A DNA stretch of 64,000 bases, taken from NCBI GenBank assembly GCA_963821535.1, contig CAWGEC010000014.1, forward strand, positions 3,086 through 67,085. The letters run 5' to 3'. Below, in pieces: positions 19,012 to 29,208 of the stretch. The translations under genes and the position numbers were made by a program. Source of the DNA: an uncultured Actinomycetes bacterium. Lineage in GTDB: Bacteria > Actinomycetota > Thermoleophilia > Gaiellales > JAICJC01. A model generated the notes under the pieces. That model did not search any database and was not told where the DNA came from. It saw only the letters and a list, made by a program, of their open reading frames with translations. Numbering within the stretch: the first letter of the stretch is position 1; the number at the start of each line of letters is the position of its first letter.

Positions 19012-20036
19012 GCCTCCTCAGCCACGGCGATCTCCTCGCGCGCGAGCGGGTCGTGGCCGCCGGCCGGGATCTGAGTCTCCGGCCCGTGGAGCCAGCAGCG
19101 CACCCGCTGGCCGCTCTCTGCCCGCATCTCGACCGGGTCGCGGTCGGCGCACACCGCCATCGCGTTCGAGCAGCGCGGATGGAACCGGCACCCCGATGGC
19201 GGGTCGATCAGGCTCGGGGGCGCGCCCGGGATGTAGTGCAGGCCGGTCGTCCGGAGCGAGATCACGGATCGCAGCAGGTCGCGCGTGTACGGGTGGGCTG
19301 GACTCCCGAACACGGTGCGGGCGTCGCCCTCCTCGGCCACCTGGCCGGCGTACATGACGGCCACCCGGTCGCACGCCTCAGCGACGATGCCCAGGTTGTG
19401 GGTGATGAGGAGGAGCGAGGTGCCGAAGTTGCGCTTGAGGTCGGCGAGGATGCCCAGGATCTGGGCCTCGACGAGGACGTCGAGGGCCGTCGTCGGCTCG
19501 TCGGCGATCACGAGGCGCGGCCGCAGGACGAGCGCCAGGGCGATCATGATCCGCTGGCGCATTCCACCCGAGAACTCGTGTGGGTAGTTGCGAAACCGGG
19601 TCGGCGGGATGCCCATCCCCCCGAGCGCCTCGAGCGACCGCCGCCGGATCTCGGACTTCTGCAGCCCCGGCTCGTGCGTCTTGAGCGTCTCGCGGAAGTG
19701 ATCCTCGATCCGCATGAGCGGGTTCAGGCGCGTCATCGGCTCCTGGAAGATGAGGCCGATCTCGGCGCCGCGCATCTGGCGGAGCCGCCGACCCGAGAGG
19801 CCGACGATGTTCTCGCCGCTCAGGCGCACCTCGCCGTCCATCACGGCGCCCTCGGGGAGGAGTCCCATGATGCCGCGGCCGAGCGTCGACTTGCCGCAGC
19901 CCGACTCGCCGACGAGGCCCAGCACCTCGCCGGCGCCGATCTGGAGCGACACGCCGTCGACCGCGCGCACCGCGCCGCGCGGGCTGCCGTACCACACTCG
20001 CAGATCACGGAGCTCGAGAACGGGCGTCTCGCTCAC
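19008..20036 (-). CDS. Oligopeptide/dipeptide ABC transporter ATP-binding protein (OppD/DppD type)
   Basis: GESGCGKST, FSGGMRQRIMIALA, LVIADEPTTALD and C-terminal GCRFHPRC. The GTG at 20036 overlaps the permease stop (GTGA). Confidence 0.9.
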   Translation of the reverse strand: MSETPVLELRDLRVWYGSPRGAVRAVDGVSLQIGAGEVLGLVGESGCGKSTLGRGIMGLLPEGAVMDGEVRLSGENIVGLSGRRLRQMRGAEIGLIFQEPMTRLNPLMRIEDHFRETLKTHEPGLQKSEIRRRSLEALGGMGIPPTRFRNYPHEFSGGMRQRIMIALALVLRPRLVIADEPTTALDVLVEAQILGILADLKRNFGTSLLLITHNLGIVAEACDRVAVMYAGQVAEEGDARTVFGSPAHPYTRDLLRSVISLRTTGLHYIPGAPPSLIDPPSGCRFHPRCSNAMAVCADRDPVEMRAESGQRVRCWLHGPETQIPAGGHDPLAREEIAVAEEA

Positions 20037-21007
20037 GCCTCGACCTCCGCTTCGCCGACCGAAGCCTGCAGGATCACAGCATCGATCCGGTGGCGCCGGA
20101 GCACCGGGTTCAGAACGTCGTTCAGGCCCTCGCCCAGAAGCGTGAGCGCCGTGACCAGGAGGACGATCGCCAGGCCCGGGAAGAGGCCCGTCCACCAGAT
20201 CCCGGCTCCGGCGTCGGAAATGGCGCGTGAGCTGTCGTATCCCCATTCGGCTGCGTCCGTGGGCTGGATGCCGTAGCCGAGGAAGCCGAGCGCCGCCAGC
20301 GTCAGGATGGCGTCGGCCGCGTTCAGGGTGGCAATCACGGGCACGCTCTGGATGACGTTGTGGAAGACGTATCGCGAGATCACCGTGCGGGGCCTCGCCC
20401 CCAGCGCACGGGCCGCCTCGACGTAGGGCTCCTCACGAACGCTGATCACGTGGTTTCGCACCACCCGGAAGTACTGAGGTGTGTACACCGCCGCGATGGC
20501 GATGGCCGCCGTGAGCACCCCCTGTCCAAGCCGGTCGGCGAGCAGGAACGCGATCACGATCGCGAGGAGCAGATACGGGAAGGCGAAGAGTGCGTCCATG
20601 ACGAGCACAAGCGCGCGGTCGAGCGGGCCCCCGAAGTAGCCCGAGACGAGGCCGAGCGGGAGCCCGATCGCGAGCGCCACAACCACTGCGAGCACGACGA
20701 CCTTGAGCTCGGTCTGGGCTCCGTAGATGACGCGCGATAGCACGTCGGTCGACTGGACGTTCGTTCCGAAAAGGTGCTCCGACGACGGATGCCCCTGCTT
20801 CGGGAACCGGTGGCCGGCCGCGTCTTGATACTGGTCGAAGTTGTACGGCGCGATCCAGGGCGCGGTCAACGCCATGATGACGAAGAAGAGCGTCAGCGCA
20901 ACCCCCGCCCACAGGATCCAGCGCGGCACGCCGCGGGCGTCGCGGATCGGCTCGAGCGCCCTCTCCCACGAACCGAAGAACCGCCGCTCGGTCGGCTGCA
21001 CGGTCAT
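20033..21007 (-). CDS. Peptide ABC transporter permease (DppC/OppC type)
   Basis: N-terminal TM segment, an EAA-like VEAARALGARPRTVISRYVFHN, and TGATG stop/start overlap with the upstream permease. Confidence 0.85.
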   Translation of the reverse strand: MTVQPTERRFFGSWERALEPIRDARGVPRWILWAGVALTLFFVIMALTAPWIAPYNFDQYQDAAGHRFPKQGHPSSEHLFGTNVQSTDVLSRVIYGAQTELKVVVLAVVVALAIGLPLGLVSGYFGGPLDRALVLVMDALFAFPYLLLAIVIAFLLADRLGQGVLTAAIAIAAVYTPQYFRVVRNHVISVREEPYVEAARALGARPRTVISRYVFHNVIQSVPVIATLNAADAILTLAALGFLGYGIQPTDAAEWGYDSSRAISDAGAGIWWTGLFPGLAIVLLVTALTLLGEGLNDVLNPVLRRHRIDAVILQASVGEAEVEA

Positions 21008-22036
21008 CAGTACCTCACCCGCGGGTCGATCCAGGCGTTCACGAAGTCGATGAGGACGCTCACCACGACCACGACGATGGCGAAGAACGTGATGATCCCC
21101 TGCACCGCGATGTAGTCGCGGTTGTTCAGGTAGCGGACGAGCTCGAAGCCGATGCCGGGCCAGTTGAACGTCGTCTCGGTGAGGACCGCGCCGGACAGGA
21201 GCAGTGCCACCTGGAGGCCGAGCACGGTTATCACCGGCACGAGCGCGTTCTTGAACGCGTGCCGGACGACGACCGATCGCTCGCCGACGCCCCGGGCCCG
21301 AGCCGCCTCGATGTAGTCCCCTTTCAGCGTCTGGAGAATGTTCACGCGCACGAGTCGGATGAGGACGCCGCTGATGATGAGGCCGAGCGTCGTCGCGGGC
21401 AGGATCAGATGCAGAAAGCAGTCCTTGAACGCGGCCCAGTCGCCGTCGATGGCGGAGTCGATCGAGGAAGAAATGCGTGTGGATCGAAAGCAGGAACTGC
21501 GTCTCGGGGCTCGCTCGGCCTGAGGTGGGTAGCCAGCCGAGCTTCTGTCCGAAGAAGAGCTGGGCCAGAAACCCGAGGAAGAACGGCGGCACCGCGTAGA
21601 TGACGATCCCGAAGAGCCGGATGCCCACGTCGACGGGCGTATCACGCAGGCGTCCCGCGATCAGGCCGAACGACACGCCGACGACCACGGCGACCATCAT
21701 TGCCGCGGTCGTGAGCTCGAACGTCGCCGCGCCGTTCTCGACGATCACGTTGGTGACGGGGCGGTTGTCGGTGATCGTGTGGCCGAAGTCGAGCCGGACG
21801 ACGTCGCCCAGGTAGTCCACGTACTGGACGAGGATCGGCTTGTCGTAGCCGCCCGCATGGCGGCGCTCCTCGAGCGCCTTGGGCGAGAGCCGGCCGCCGA
21901 GGGCGGCGCTCACCGGGTCGCCCGGCGCGACCCGCATGAGGAAGAACACCAGCGTGAGCAGGATCAGGACCATGGGGATGACCAGGCCCAGCCGGGTGAG
22001 CGCGTAGGTGCGGAGTGAGGTCGTCTGTCGCGCCAT
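21007..22036 (-). pseudogene. Peptide ABC transporter permease (DppB/OppB type), one frameshift near 21465-21480
   Basis: The N-terminus YALTRLGLVIPMVLILLTLVFFLMRVAPGDP is in one frame. HLILPATTLGL...YIEAARARGVGERSVVVRHAFKNA is in ORF 21007..21645. Length is 3n+1. Confidence 0.8.
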
Positions 22037-22090
22037 GGGTGATCCGGAGGGAGCCCCGGGCGGGCCCCCTCCTGATCATGCCTGGTACTG

Positions 22091-23695
22091 TTAGCTCTTG
22101 CCGATCAGCCAGAAACGGAAGATGTACGCCGGGTCGAAGGTCTCCTCGACGCCGGTTACCCCGTCCTGGACAGCCGCGATCTGCTTCCCCTGCCACACGG
22201 GCACGGTCGGCGCGTCGGCGGCCGCCAGCTTCTGGATCTTGGCGAATGCGGCGACCCGGGTCTGCTCATCGGTCGACGCCTTCTCCTCGGAGATGGCCTT
22301 GTCGATCGCCGGGTTGTCGTAGTGGCCGTTCCAGAAGCCGCCGTCGGGATAGAAGTACGCGGAGTAGTCGTCGGCGTCCGGATAGTCCGGGAACCAGCCG
22401 AGCTGGAACGACGGGAACGCGTCCTTCGCCTTGTCGACGGTGTACTGGTCCCACTCCTCGGACTTGAGCGTCACCTTGAACAGGCCGCTGCCCTCGAGCT
22501 GGCGCTTGATCTCGGTGTACTCGTCGGCCGAGCCGTCACCGTAGTGCGACGGCGTCCACCACATCTCGATCGGGATGGGCGTCGTCATCCCCGACACCTC
22601 CTGCTTGGCGGCGTCGAGGTTCGGGGTCGCCCCGTACTCGGCCTTGTAGGCGTCGGTGTGCCCGATCAGGCCGGCCGGGATCATCGAGTAGAGCGGCTGG
22701 ACGGTGCCGTTGTAGACGTTGTCGACGATCGACTGGCGGTCGATCGTGTAGGCGATCGCGCGCCGCACGGCCTTGTCCTTGCCGGGGTCGAGCTTCGTGT
22801 TGAACACCAGGTAGCGGATCTCGATGCCCTGGCCCGTGACGATGTTCACGCCGCTTGCCGTCTTCAGGCTGTCGATGTCGGTCGGCGTCAGGTTGCGGAA
22901 CGCGATGTCCACGTCGCCGCCCTGGATCGCCAGCTTCAGCGCCGGCGAGTCCTTGTAGTACTGGATGAGGACGCGCGCGTTCTTGGCCGGCTCGCCCCAG
23001 TAGTTGTCGTTTCGCTCGAGCACGGCCTGCACGCCCGGCTGGTACTTCACGAGCTTGTAGTGGCCGCTGCCGATGACCTGGCCGTCGGGCTGGAGCGACT
23101 TCTCGGGATAGACGTCGGAGGGCACGATCGCCGCGCCGCCCGTCGTCAGGATGAAGGGCCACGTCGCATCGGGCTGGCGCAGGTTGAACGTGACCGTCAG
23201 GTCGTCGGGCGTCGAGATCTCGTTCCCCGTCCACTTGCCGCAGTCGGCGAGGGAGGAGAAGAGGCTGCAGACGCCCTGGTCGCCGTTGATCTCGATGCTG
23301 CGCTGGAACGAGTAGGCGACGTCCTCGGAGGTGAGCGGCGATCCGTCGGAGAACTTCACGCCCTTGCGAAGATGGCAGGTGTAGGTCTTGGGGTCGTCCC
23401 ACGCGCAGGACTGGGCCAGGGACGGCACCGGCTGGTTCCCGCCCGGCGGGATCGTCATCAGCTCGTCGTAGATGTTGTAGATGACGTTCCAGGAGTGCAG
23501 GTCGTAGGCGTCGCCCGGATCGAAGTGGACGGCCGTGTCGGTGGTGCCCATGATGACGGTGGCGTCCGACAGGTTGGCGTTGCCGCCGCCCGTGTCCGCG
23601 CCGCCGTTGTCGCTGCCGCCGCCGCAGGCCGCGGCGAGTGCGAGCGTCGCGGCGAGGACGAGAAACCGGCGCGCGCCGGTCGATTTCGGTCGCAT
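22091..23695 (-). CDS. Peptide/nickel ABC transporter substrate-binding lipoprotein (SBP family 5)
   Basis: Signal plus lipobox MRPKSTGARRFLVLAATLALAAACGGG; family-5 SBP-like sequence throughout. Confidence 0.85.
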   Translation of the reverse strand: MRPKSTGARRFLVLAATLALAAACGGGSDNGGADTGGGNANLSDATVIMGTTDTAVHFDPGDAYDLHSWNVIYNIYDELMTIPPGGNQPVPSLAQSCAWDDPKTYTCHLRKGVKFSDGSPLTSEDVAYSFQRSIEINGDQGVCSLFSSLADCGKWTGNEISTPDDLTVTFNLRQPDATWPFILTTGGAAIVPSDVYPEKSLQPDGQVIGSGHYKLVKYQPGVQAVLERNDNYWGEPAKNARVLIQYYKDSPALKLAIQGGDVDIAFRNLTPTDIDSLKTASGVNIVTGQGIEIRYLVFNTKLDPGKDKAVRRAIAYTIDRQSIVDNVYNGTVQPLYSMIPAGLIGHTDAYKAEYGATPNLDAAKQEVSGMTTPIPIEMWWTPSHYGDGSADEYTEIKRQLEGSGLFKVTLKSEEWDQYTVDKAKDAFPSFQLGWFPDYPDADDYSAYFYPDGGFWNGHYDNPAIDKAISEEKASTDEQTRVAAFAKIQKLAAADAPTVPVWQGKQIAAVQDGVTGVEETFDPAYIFRFWLIGKS

Positions 23696-23966
23696 GCGTG
23701 CTCCCTTCCGTGTGGGAGGGGGTGTCCCGGTCCCCTCCGGCTGCCGACCGCCCACCATACACCGTCTGTTCACCCGTCGTTCATGGGCGGGTTCGACCTC
23801 TTGGACGAGGCCGAGCGGGGGATGTTTGCGGCGAAGTTCTCCGCCTTTTCACCGGAACTTCGGCGAAGTACCGACACCGATCCGGGGCTTCACTCATGCC
23901 GCGGTGCCGGGCCGGTGCGACGATCCAAACGAGGCCGGCGACCGCCGGTCGACCACGAGGAGGGCG

Positions 23967-24251
23967 ATGATCATGCGGCAGAACACGACTCTCGACGTCC
24001 TGATCGAGCAGGACGGGACGCGGATGAAGGTGCTGGCCACGTTGACGCCGGATACCGAGACCGGCGATTCCGAGGGCTGGGCGATCCTGTATCGGATGCC
24101 CGATGACAGCCCGGGAGGCACCCTCGACGACGCCAGGCCCTACAGCGTCGTCTCGGCGACCGGACACCGCGCGCATTTCATGGGATGGCGCAAGGTCGGA
24201 CGCCGGCGCCTGGGCATCGGGATCGGCATACCGCCGGTCGAGCCCGTCTGA
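23967..24251 (+). CDS. Hypothetical small protein (94 aa)
   Basis: ATG preceded by GAGGAGGG at good spacing, with plausible composition; no family recognised. Confidence 0.5.
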   Translation: MIMRQNTTLDVLIEQDGTRMKVLATLTPDTETGDSEGWAILYRMPDDSPGGTLDDARPYSVVSATGHRAHFMGWRKVGRRRLGIGIGIPPVEPV

Positions 24252-24309
24252 CCGGCGCGCCCGGCCCGATGGCCCGTTCGGCGGGCGGGTCCGGCTAGGC
24301 TGAGGCCGT

Positions 24310-25021
24310 ATGACCGAGCTGCCGGACGGCACGGTGACCCTGCTGTTCTCGGACATCGAGGGGTCGACCGCGCTCCTCAAACGGCTCGGCGACGGGTGGC
24401 CGGGAGTGCTCGAGCGGCAGCGCACGCTCCTGCGCGAGGCGATCGATGCCGGCGACGGGGTGGTCGTGGACTGCCAGGGCGACGCCATGTTCGCCGCCTT
24501 CCGGTCGGCATCCGCCGCCGTGTCGGCGGCCGTCGCGCGCGCAGACGCACATGGCCCGGGAGGCGTGGCCGGACGGCACCGCGGTCCGGGTGCGGATGGC
24601 CCTTCACACCGGCGAGCCGCATCGCACCGAGGACGGCGGGTACACGGGCATCGACGTCGTGCGCGCGGCCCGGCTGTGCGCCGCCGGACACGGCGGACAG
24701 GTGCTTCTCTCCGAGGCCGCCCGGCTCGTGTCCGGGGCTGAGACCATCGACCTCGGGCCGGTGATCCTCCCCGACATGGACCAGCCCGAGCGGATCTTCC
24801 AGCTGGCGGCACCCGGTCTTGCGACGAGCTTCCCGCCGCTTCGCACCCATGCCGCCTCGCCGCTCGAGACGCTGGGAGATGAGAAGGACGATCCCGAGGG
24901 GCGAATCGAACGGGCCGAGCAGACCCTCGAGCGGCGGATCAACGAGCGGGTCGCGGATCTCATCGAACGGGCGCTCGACGCACCGTTTGGGAAGCCGCCC
25001 GGTGGAGGCCGGGAGCCGTGA
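24310..25021 (+). pseudogene. Class III adenylate/guanylate cyclase catalytic domain protein, one frameshift near 24530-24545
   Basis: VTLLFSDIEGSTAL...GDAMFAAF is in frame 1. VRVRMALHTGEP...GIDVVRAARLCAAGHGGQVLLS is in ORF 24446..25021. Length is 3n+1. Confidence 0.8.
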
Positions 25022-25040
25022 CGACGCAGGGAGGCTTCAC

Positions 25041-25697
25041 ATGACCAGACCGTCGATCGTGTCTCCGAAGGAGTGGGAGGAAGCGCGCGAGCGCTTGCTG
25101 GTGAGGGAGAAGGAGGTGACCCGCGCCCGCGACGCGCTGGCCGCCGAGCGGCGGCGGATGCCGTGGACGGCGGTGGAGAGGGGGTACGAGTTCGACGGGC
25201 CCGGTGGCAAGGCGAGCCTGCTCGACCTGTTCGAGGGGCGCCGCCAGCTGATCGTCTACCGCGCATTCTTCGAGCCCGGCGTGAACGGCTGGCCCGACCA
25301 CGCCTGCATCGGCTGCTCCTTCCTGGCCGATCAGGTCGCCCATCCGGCGCATCTGCACGCTCGCGACACGACCCTCGCGTTCGCGTCCCGCGCGTCCCAG
25401 CCCGACATCCAGCGGCTGAAGGAGCGAATGGGCTGGGAGATGCCGTGGTACACGATCACGGACAGCTTCGACGCCGACTTCGGCGTCGGCGAGTGGCACG
25501 GAACCAACGCGTTCATTCGCGAGGACGACCGGATCTTCCGCACCTACTTCGTCAACAACCGCGGCGACGAGGCGATGGGAAGCACGTGGAGCTATCTCGA
25601 CATCACCGCACTCGGCCGCCAGGAGGAGTGGGAGGACTCGCCGGAGGGCTACCCGCAGACGCCGCCCTATCGGTGGTGGCGCTACCACGACGAGTAG
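25041..25697 (+). CDS. DUF899 thioredoxin-fold family protein
   Basis: SPKEWEEARERLLVREKEVTRARDALAAERRRMPW...LIVYRAFFEP...RIFRTYF pattern typical of DUF899; GGGAGG lies upstream of the ATG. Confidence 0.75.
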   Translation: MTRPSIVSPKEWEEARERLLVREKEVTRARDALAAERRRMPWTAVERGYEFDGPGGKASLLDLFEGRRQLIVYRAFFEPGVNGWPDHACIGCSFLADQVAHPAHLHARDTTLAFASRASQPDIQRLKERMGWEMPWYTITDSFDADFGVGEWHGTNAFIREDDRIFRTYFVNNRGDEAMGSTWSYLDITALGRQEEWEDSPEGYPQTPPYRWWRYHDE

Positions 25698-25705
25698 GGC
25701 GAGAT

Positions 25706-26413
25706 TCAGACGATCGGCGTGGCCGCCCCGCGGCCGACCGTCGTAAGCCTGTCCCCTGCGACGATGAGGGCGGTGTCCTCGTCGAGCGCGTATCCGACTC
25801 GCCCGGCTCCGAGATCGGCGATCGCCGCCCGAAGCCGCGGCGTCGTCTCCCAGGCGTCTGCGTGGACGTCGACCGTGAACGGCACAAGCCCGAGCCCCGC
25901 CACGACCGTGACCTCCTCGAGATCCTCGCCCGCATCCTCGGGGCAGACCGGGCGTCCGTGGTGGCGCCACCCGCCGACAAGGGCGTCCGCAGCGGCGATG
26001 GCCGCGCCGGCCGAGAACCCGGCATAGGGCGCACCCCGCTCCAGGAGCCATCGAATCAGGTCGTCCCGGACGGGGACCATGGCCTTGGCGTACTCGGGCG
26101 TGAGGCCCCCGCCCACCAGGAGCCCGTCCGCCTCGGCGAGGGCGCCGACGTTGAGCCGGTCTCCGAGCAGGACCGGGACGAGGAACGGCTCGACGTCGCC
26201 GGCCGAGCGCAGCGCGCGCACGAAGCGGCCGCCGTACTCCTCGACGCCGTCGCCCTCGTCGAGAAGGACGACGGCGACCCGCGGCACGCCGGAATGTCGA
26301 GCGGCAACGGCGCTCGCCTCGCGGACGAATGCCTCGTAGATCGCAGGCTGGGCGTCCTCGTCCCAGCCGCCGCCGATCAGCGTGACATGCACCCGGTCCG
26401 TTTCGAGGGCCAC
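25706..26413 (-). CDS. Type-1 glutamine amidotransferase-like / peptidase S51-like protein
   Basis: VLVGGGLTPEY...YAGFSAGAAIAA pattern resembles the cyanophycinase/dipeptidase E family; 235 aa. Confidence 0.55.
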   Translation of the reverse strand: MALETDRVHVTLIGGGWDEDAQPAIYEAFVREASAVAARHSGVPRVAVVLLDEGDGVEEYGGRFVRALRSAGDVEPFLVPVLLGDRLNVGALAEADGLLVGGGLTPEYAKAMVPVRDDLIRWLLERGAPYAGFSAGAAIAAADALVGGWRHHGRPVCPEDAGEDLEEVTVVAGLGLVPFTVDVHADAWETTPRLRAAIADLGAGRVGYALDEDTALIVAGDRLTTVGRGAATPIV

Positions 26414-26482
26414 TCCCGGCCATGCTATCGATGAGCAGGCCCGGCGCTGGTCTACGCTGCTACAGATACGAAGGGGATTGGC

Positions 26483-26764
26483 TTGGCAGAGTCCTGCTCA
26501 CATCTCGACCAGATCTCGATCACCGCCCTGCCCGACGACATCGCGGGCTGCGAGGACTGCCTGAGGATCGGAGCCCGCTGGCTGCACCTGCGCATGTGCA
26601 CGAGCTGCGGGCATATCGGTTGCTGCGACTCCTCGCCGAACCGCCATGCGACGGCGCACGCCAACCAGACCGGCCATCCGGTGATCCGGTCGGCGGAGCC
26701 CGGCGAGGACTGGTTCTGGTGCTATCCGGACGACCTGGCGTTCTCGATCGCCCCTGAGCCATGA
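26483..26764 (+). CDS. UBP-type (Znf-UBP/BUZ) zinc-finger protein
   Basis: CEDCLRIGARWLHLRMCTSCGHIGCCDSSPNRHATAHANQTGHPV matches the Cys/His spacing of zf-UBP; TTG start. Confidence 0.7.
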   Translation: MAESCSHLDQISITALPDDIAGCEDCLRIGARWLHLRMCTSCGHIGCCDSSPNRHATAHANQTGHPVIRSAEPGEDWFWCYPDDLAFSIAPEP

Positions 26765-28371
26765 CCGGTGCCGTCCCAGCTCTCGCGGCTCCATCGTTGT
26801 CGGCGACACAGCTGGCGACGCTCGCGCAGCTGGGCGAGGAGCGGACCGCAGCCGTCGGCGACGTGCTCTACCGGGTCGGAGATGCCAGCTATCCGTTCAT
26901 CGCGATCGTCGAGGGCGAGGTCGCGATCCACGACGCGGCGGGCAACGAGATCATCCGGCACGGCGGATCGGGCTTCCTCGGCGAGATGAGCTTCCTGTCG
27001 GGGCAGACGGTCTTCGTGACGGCCGTCGTCACGGAGCCGCTGCGCTACATCGAGATCGACCGGGAGGTGATGCGCCCCTTGCTCTTCGAGGACGGGCCGC
27101 TCGCCGACCTCATCCTTGCCACCTTCATCGCCCGCCGGGAGGCGCTGCAACAGGTCGAGGGCGTCGGGTTGGAGATCGTCGGCCCGCACTCGTCCGCCGA
27201 AACGGTGCGGATCGTGAACTACGCGCGCACCAACCGGCTGCCGTTCGCCTGGCGCGACCCGGCGCACGACGAGGCCGCCGCCGAGCTCGTCGCCGGGCTC
27301 GACGCCGACAGCCTGCCGCTCGTGCGGCTGCCGGGCGGCACGGAGCTCCGCGGTCCGTCGGCGGGCGAGCTCTCGCGCATGCTGGGGATCGGCCAGGTGC
27401 TCGCGCCGCGGGAGGAGGTCGACCTGCTCGTCGTCGGCGCCGGCCCGGCGGGGCTCGCGGCGGCCGTGTACGGCGCGTCCGAAGGGCTCGAGACGCTCGT
27501 CATCGAATCGACGGCGCTCGGCGGCCAGGCCGGGGCGTCCCGGCGCATCGAGAACTACCTGGGGTTCCCGGCCGGCATCACCGGGGTGGAGCTCACCAGC
27601 CGGGCCGTCGTCCAGGCGCGGAAGTTCGATGCACGCGTGGCCAGCCCCTACCGGGCCGTCTCCCTCGAGCCCGTCGACGGCCGCTACCTCGTGCGACTCG
27701 AGGACGACCACGACATCTTCGCCGAGAGCGTGCTGCTCGCGACGGGCGCTGAGTACCGGCGCCTGCCGGTCGACCGCCTCGCGGAGTACGAGGGCCTCAC
27801 CGTGTTCTACGCGGCCGGGCCGCCCGAAGCCCAGCTCTGCGGCGCATCGCGCGTCGCCGTGGTCGGCGGCGGCAATTCGGCCGGCCAGGCGGCCATCTGG
27901 CTCTCCCGCGGCGGTGCGCTCGTGACGCTGCTCCATCGGCGCGCCGATCTCCGGGAGACGATGTCGGACTACCTCATCCACGACCTCGAGCGCTTCGGAG
28001 TCGCGGTGCGCGATCGCTCCGAGATCGCCGCCCTCCATGGGGAGGACGGCCGGCTCGAAGCCGTGACGCTCACGGACGGGGAGCGGCTGCCCCTGTCGTT
28101 CCTGTTCCTCTTCCTCGGTGCGGCGCCCTGCACCGAGTGGCTGGGCGAGTCGGTCCTCCGGGACGACCACGGCTTCGTCCTCACCGGCACCGCGGCGAAC
28201 GCCGAGCATCTGCTCGAGACGAGCCTGCCGGGCGTCTTCGCCGTCGGAGATGTCCGGTCGGGATCGACGAAGCGCTGCGCGGCCGCCGTCGGCGAGGGCG
28301 CGATGGCCGTGCAGCTCGTCCACGCCCGCCGGGCCGCGCGACGGCCCGCATCCGCCGCTACCGGGGCTTGA
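26761..28371 (+). CDS. Cyclic-nucleotide-binding domain fused to a thioredoxin-reductase-like FAD/NAD(P) oxidoreductase
   Basis: N-terminal cNMP-binding pattern (GFLGEMSFLSGQ), then DLLVVGAGPAGLAAA, VAVVGGGNSAGQAA and GVFAVGDVRSG. ATGA overlap with the zinc-finger gene. Confidence 0.85.
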   Translation: MTGAVPALAAPSLSATQLATLAQLGEERTAAVGDVLYRVGDASYPFIAIVEGEVAIHDAAGNEIIRHGGSGFLGEMSFLSGQTVFVTAVVTEPLRYIEIDREVMRPLLFEDGPLADLILATFIARREALQQVEGVGLEIVGPHSSAETVRIVNYARTNRLPFAWRDPAHDEAAAELVAGLDADSLPLVRLPGGTELRGPSAGELSRMLGIGQVLAPREEVDLLVVGAGPAGLAAAVYGASEGLETLVIESTALGGQAGASRRIENYLGFPAGITGVELTSRAVVQARKFDARVASPYRAVSLEPVDGRYLVRLEDDHDIFAESVLLATGAEYRRLPVDRLAEYEGLTVFYAAGPPEAQLCGASRVAVVGGGNSAGQAAIWLSRGGALVTLLHRRADLRETMSDYLIHDLERFGVAVRDRSEIAALHGEDGRLEAVTLTDGERLPLSFLFLFLGAAPCTEWLGESVLRDDHGFVLTGTAANAEHLLETSLPGVFAVGDVRSGSTKRCAAAVGEGAMAVQLVHARRAARRPASAATGA

Positions 28372-29013
28372 TCACACCCGGCCGTGGCCCGCGGACCGGG
28401 CCCTGGCCGGAAGGTCCAGCCCCTCGCGGCAGAGCTGGGCGGCGACGATCTCGCGAGCCTTGTAGATCCGCCACTTGACGTTGGCCAGCGTCGTCTCCAG
28501 AGTATCGGCGATCTCCAGGTACGGGAGGCCGACGACGTCGCGCAGGAGGAGCGCCATCTTCAGATCGACGCTCAGTGCCCCGATCGCCCGCCAGACGATG
28601 TCCATCTCCTCGATCGGGAGCGACTCCGGCGTTGCGGTGAGCTCCAGAAACACGTCGGCGTCCAGCCCCAGCGGCGGCCGGCCCTGCCGCTCACGTGCCC
28701 TCAGCTCATCGATCACCCGATGCTTCGCGATCTGAAACAGCCACGTCGTGAACAGGCAGCGGCCGTCGAAGCTCGGAAGCGCCCGATGGACGCGGATGAA
28801 GACCTCCTGGCACACATCCTCGGCCAGCGCCCGATCGCCGGCCAGCACCCGCACGAGGTAGTTGTGGAGCGGCGTCTGGTACTGCTGCACGATGACCGCG
28901 AACGCGTCGTCGTCACCGCGCTGCGCCAGGCGAAGCGTTCGCAGGGTCAGGTTGTGGGAGAGCCACGATGCGTCGCATTCCACGAGGTCGTCGGGATGAG
29001 CTCGATATAGCAC
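28372..29013 (-). CDS. ECF-type RNA polymerase sigma-70 factor
   Basis: Region 2 (DDAFAVIVQQYQTPLHNYL...DVCQEVFIRVHR...WLFQIAKHRVIDELR) and region 4 (LLLRDVVGLPYLEIADTLETTLANVKWRIYKAR). Confidence 0.85.
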   Translation of the reverse strand: MLYRAHPDDLVECDASWLSHNLTLRTLRLAQRGDDDAFAVIVQQYQTPLHNYLVRVLAGDRALAEDVCQEVFIRVHRALPSFDGRCLFTTWLFQIAKHRVIDELRARERQGRPPLGLDADVFLELTATPESLPIEEMDIVWRAIGALSVDLKMALLLRDVVGLPYLEIADTLETTLANVKWRIYKAREIVAAQLCREGLDLPARARSAGHGRV

Positions 29014-29099
29014 CGATGGAATATAGGTTCAGGGGCATGGGAGAATGCTTGAGAAAGGGCTCGCCCCGCCCCCACGGCTCAGTGGCATGCACTGTGTGA

Positions 29100-29172
29100 T
29101 GGGCCGTGCTGGGATCGAACCAGCGACCTTGGGATTAAAAGTCCCCTGCTCTACCAGCTGAGCTAACGGCCC
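29100..29172 (-). tRNA. tRNA-Lys (anticodon TTT)
   Basis: Cloverleaf read by hand: acceptor GGGCCGT/ACGGCCC, D arm GCTC/GAGC, anticodon loop CTTTTAA, T arm GCTGG-TTCGATC-CCAGC, discriminator A; no encoded CCA. Confidence 0.9.
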
Positions 29173-29208
29173 CCAGGGAGCCAAGTGTAGGTGGTACCTT
29201 GCGCGCCC

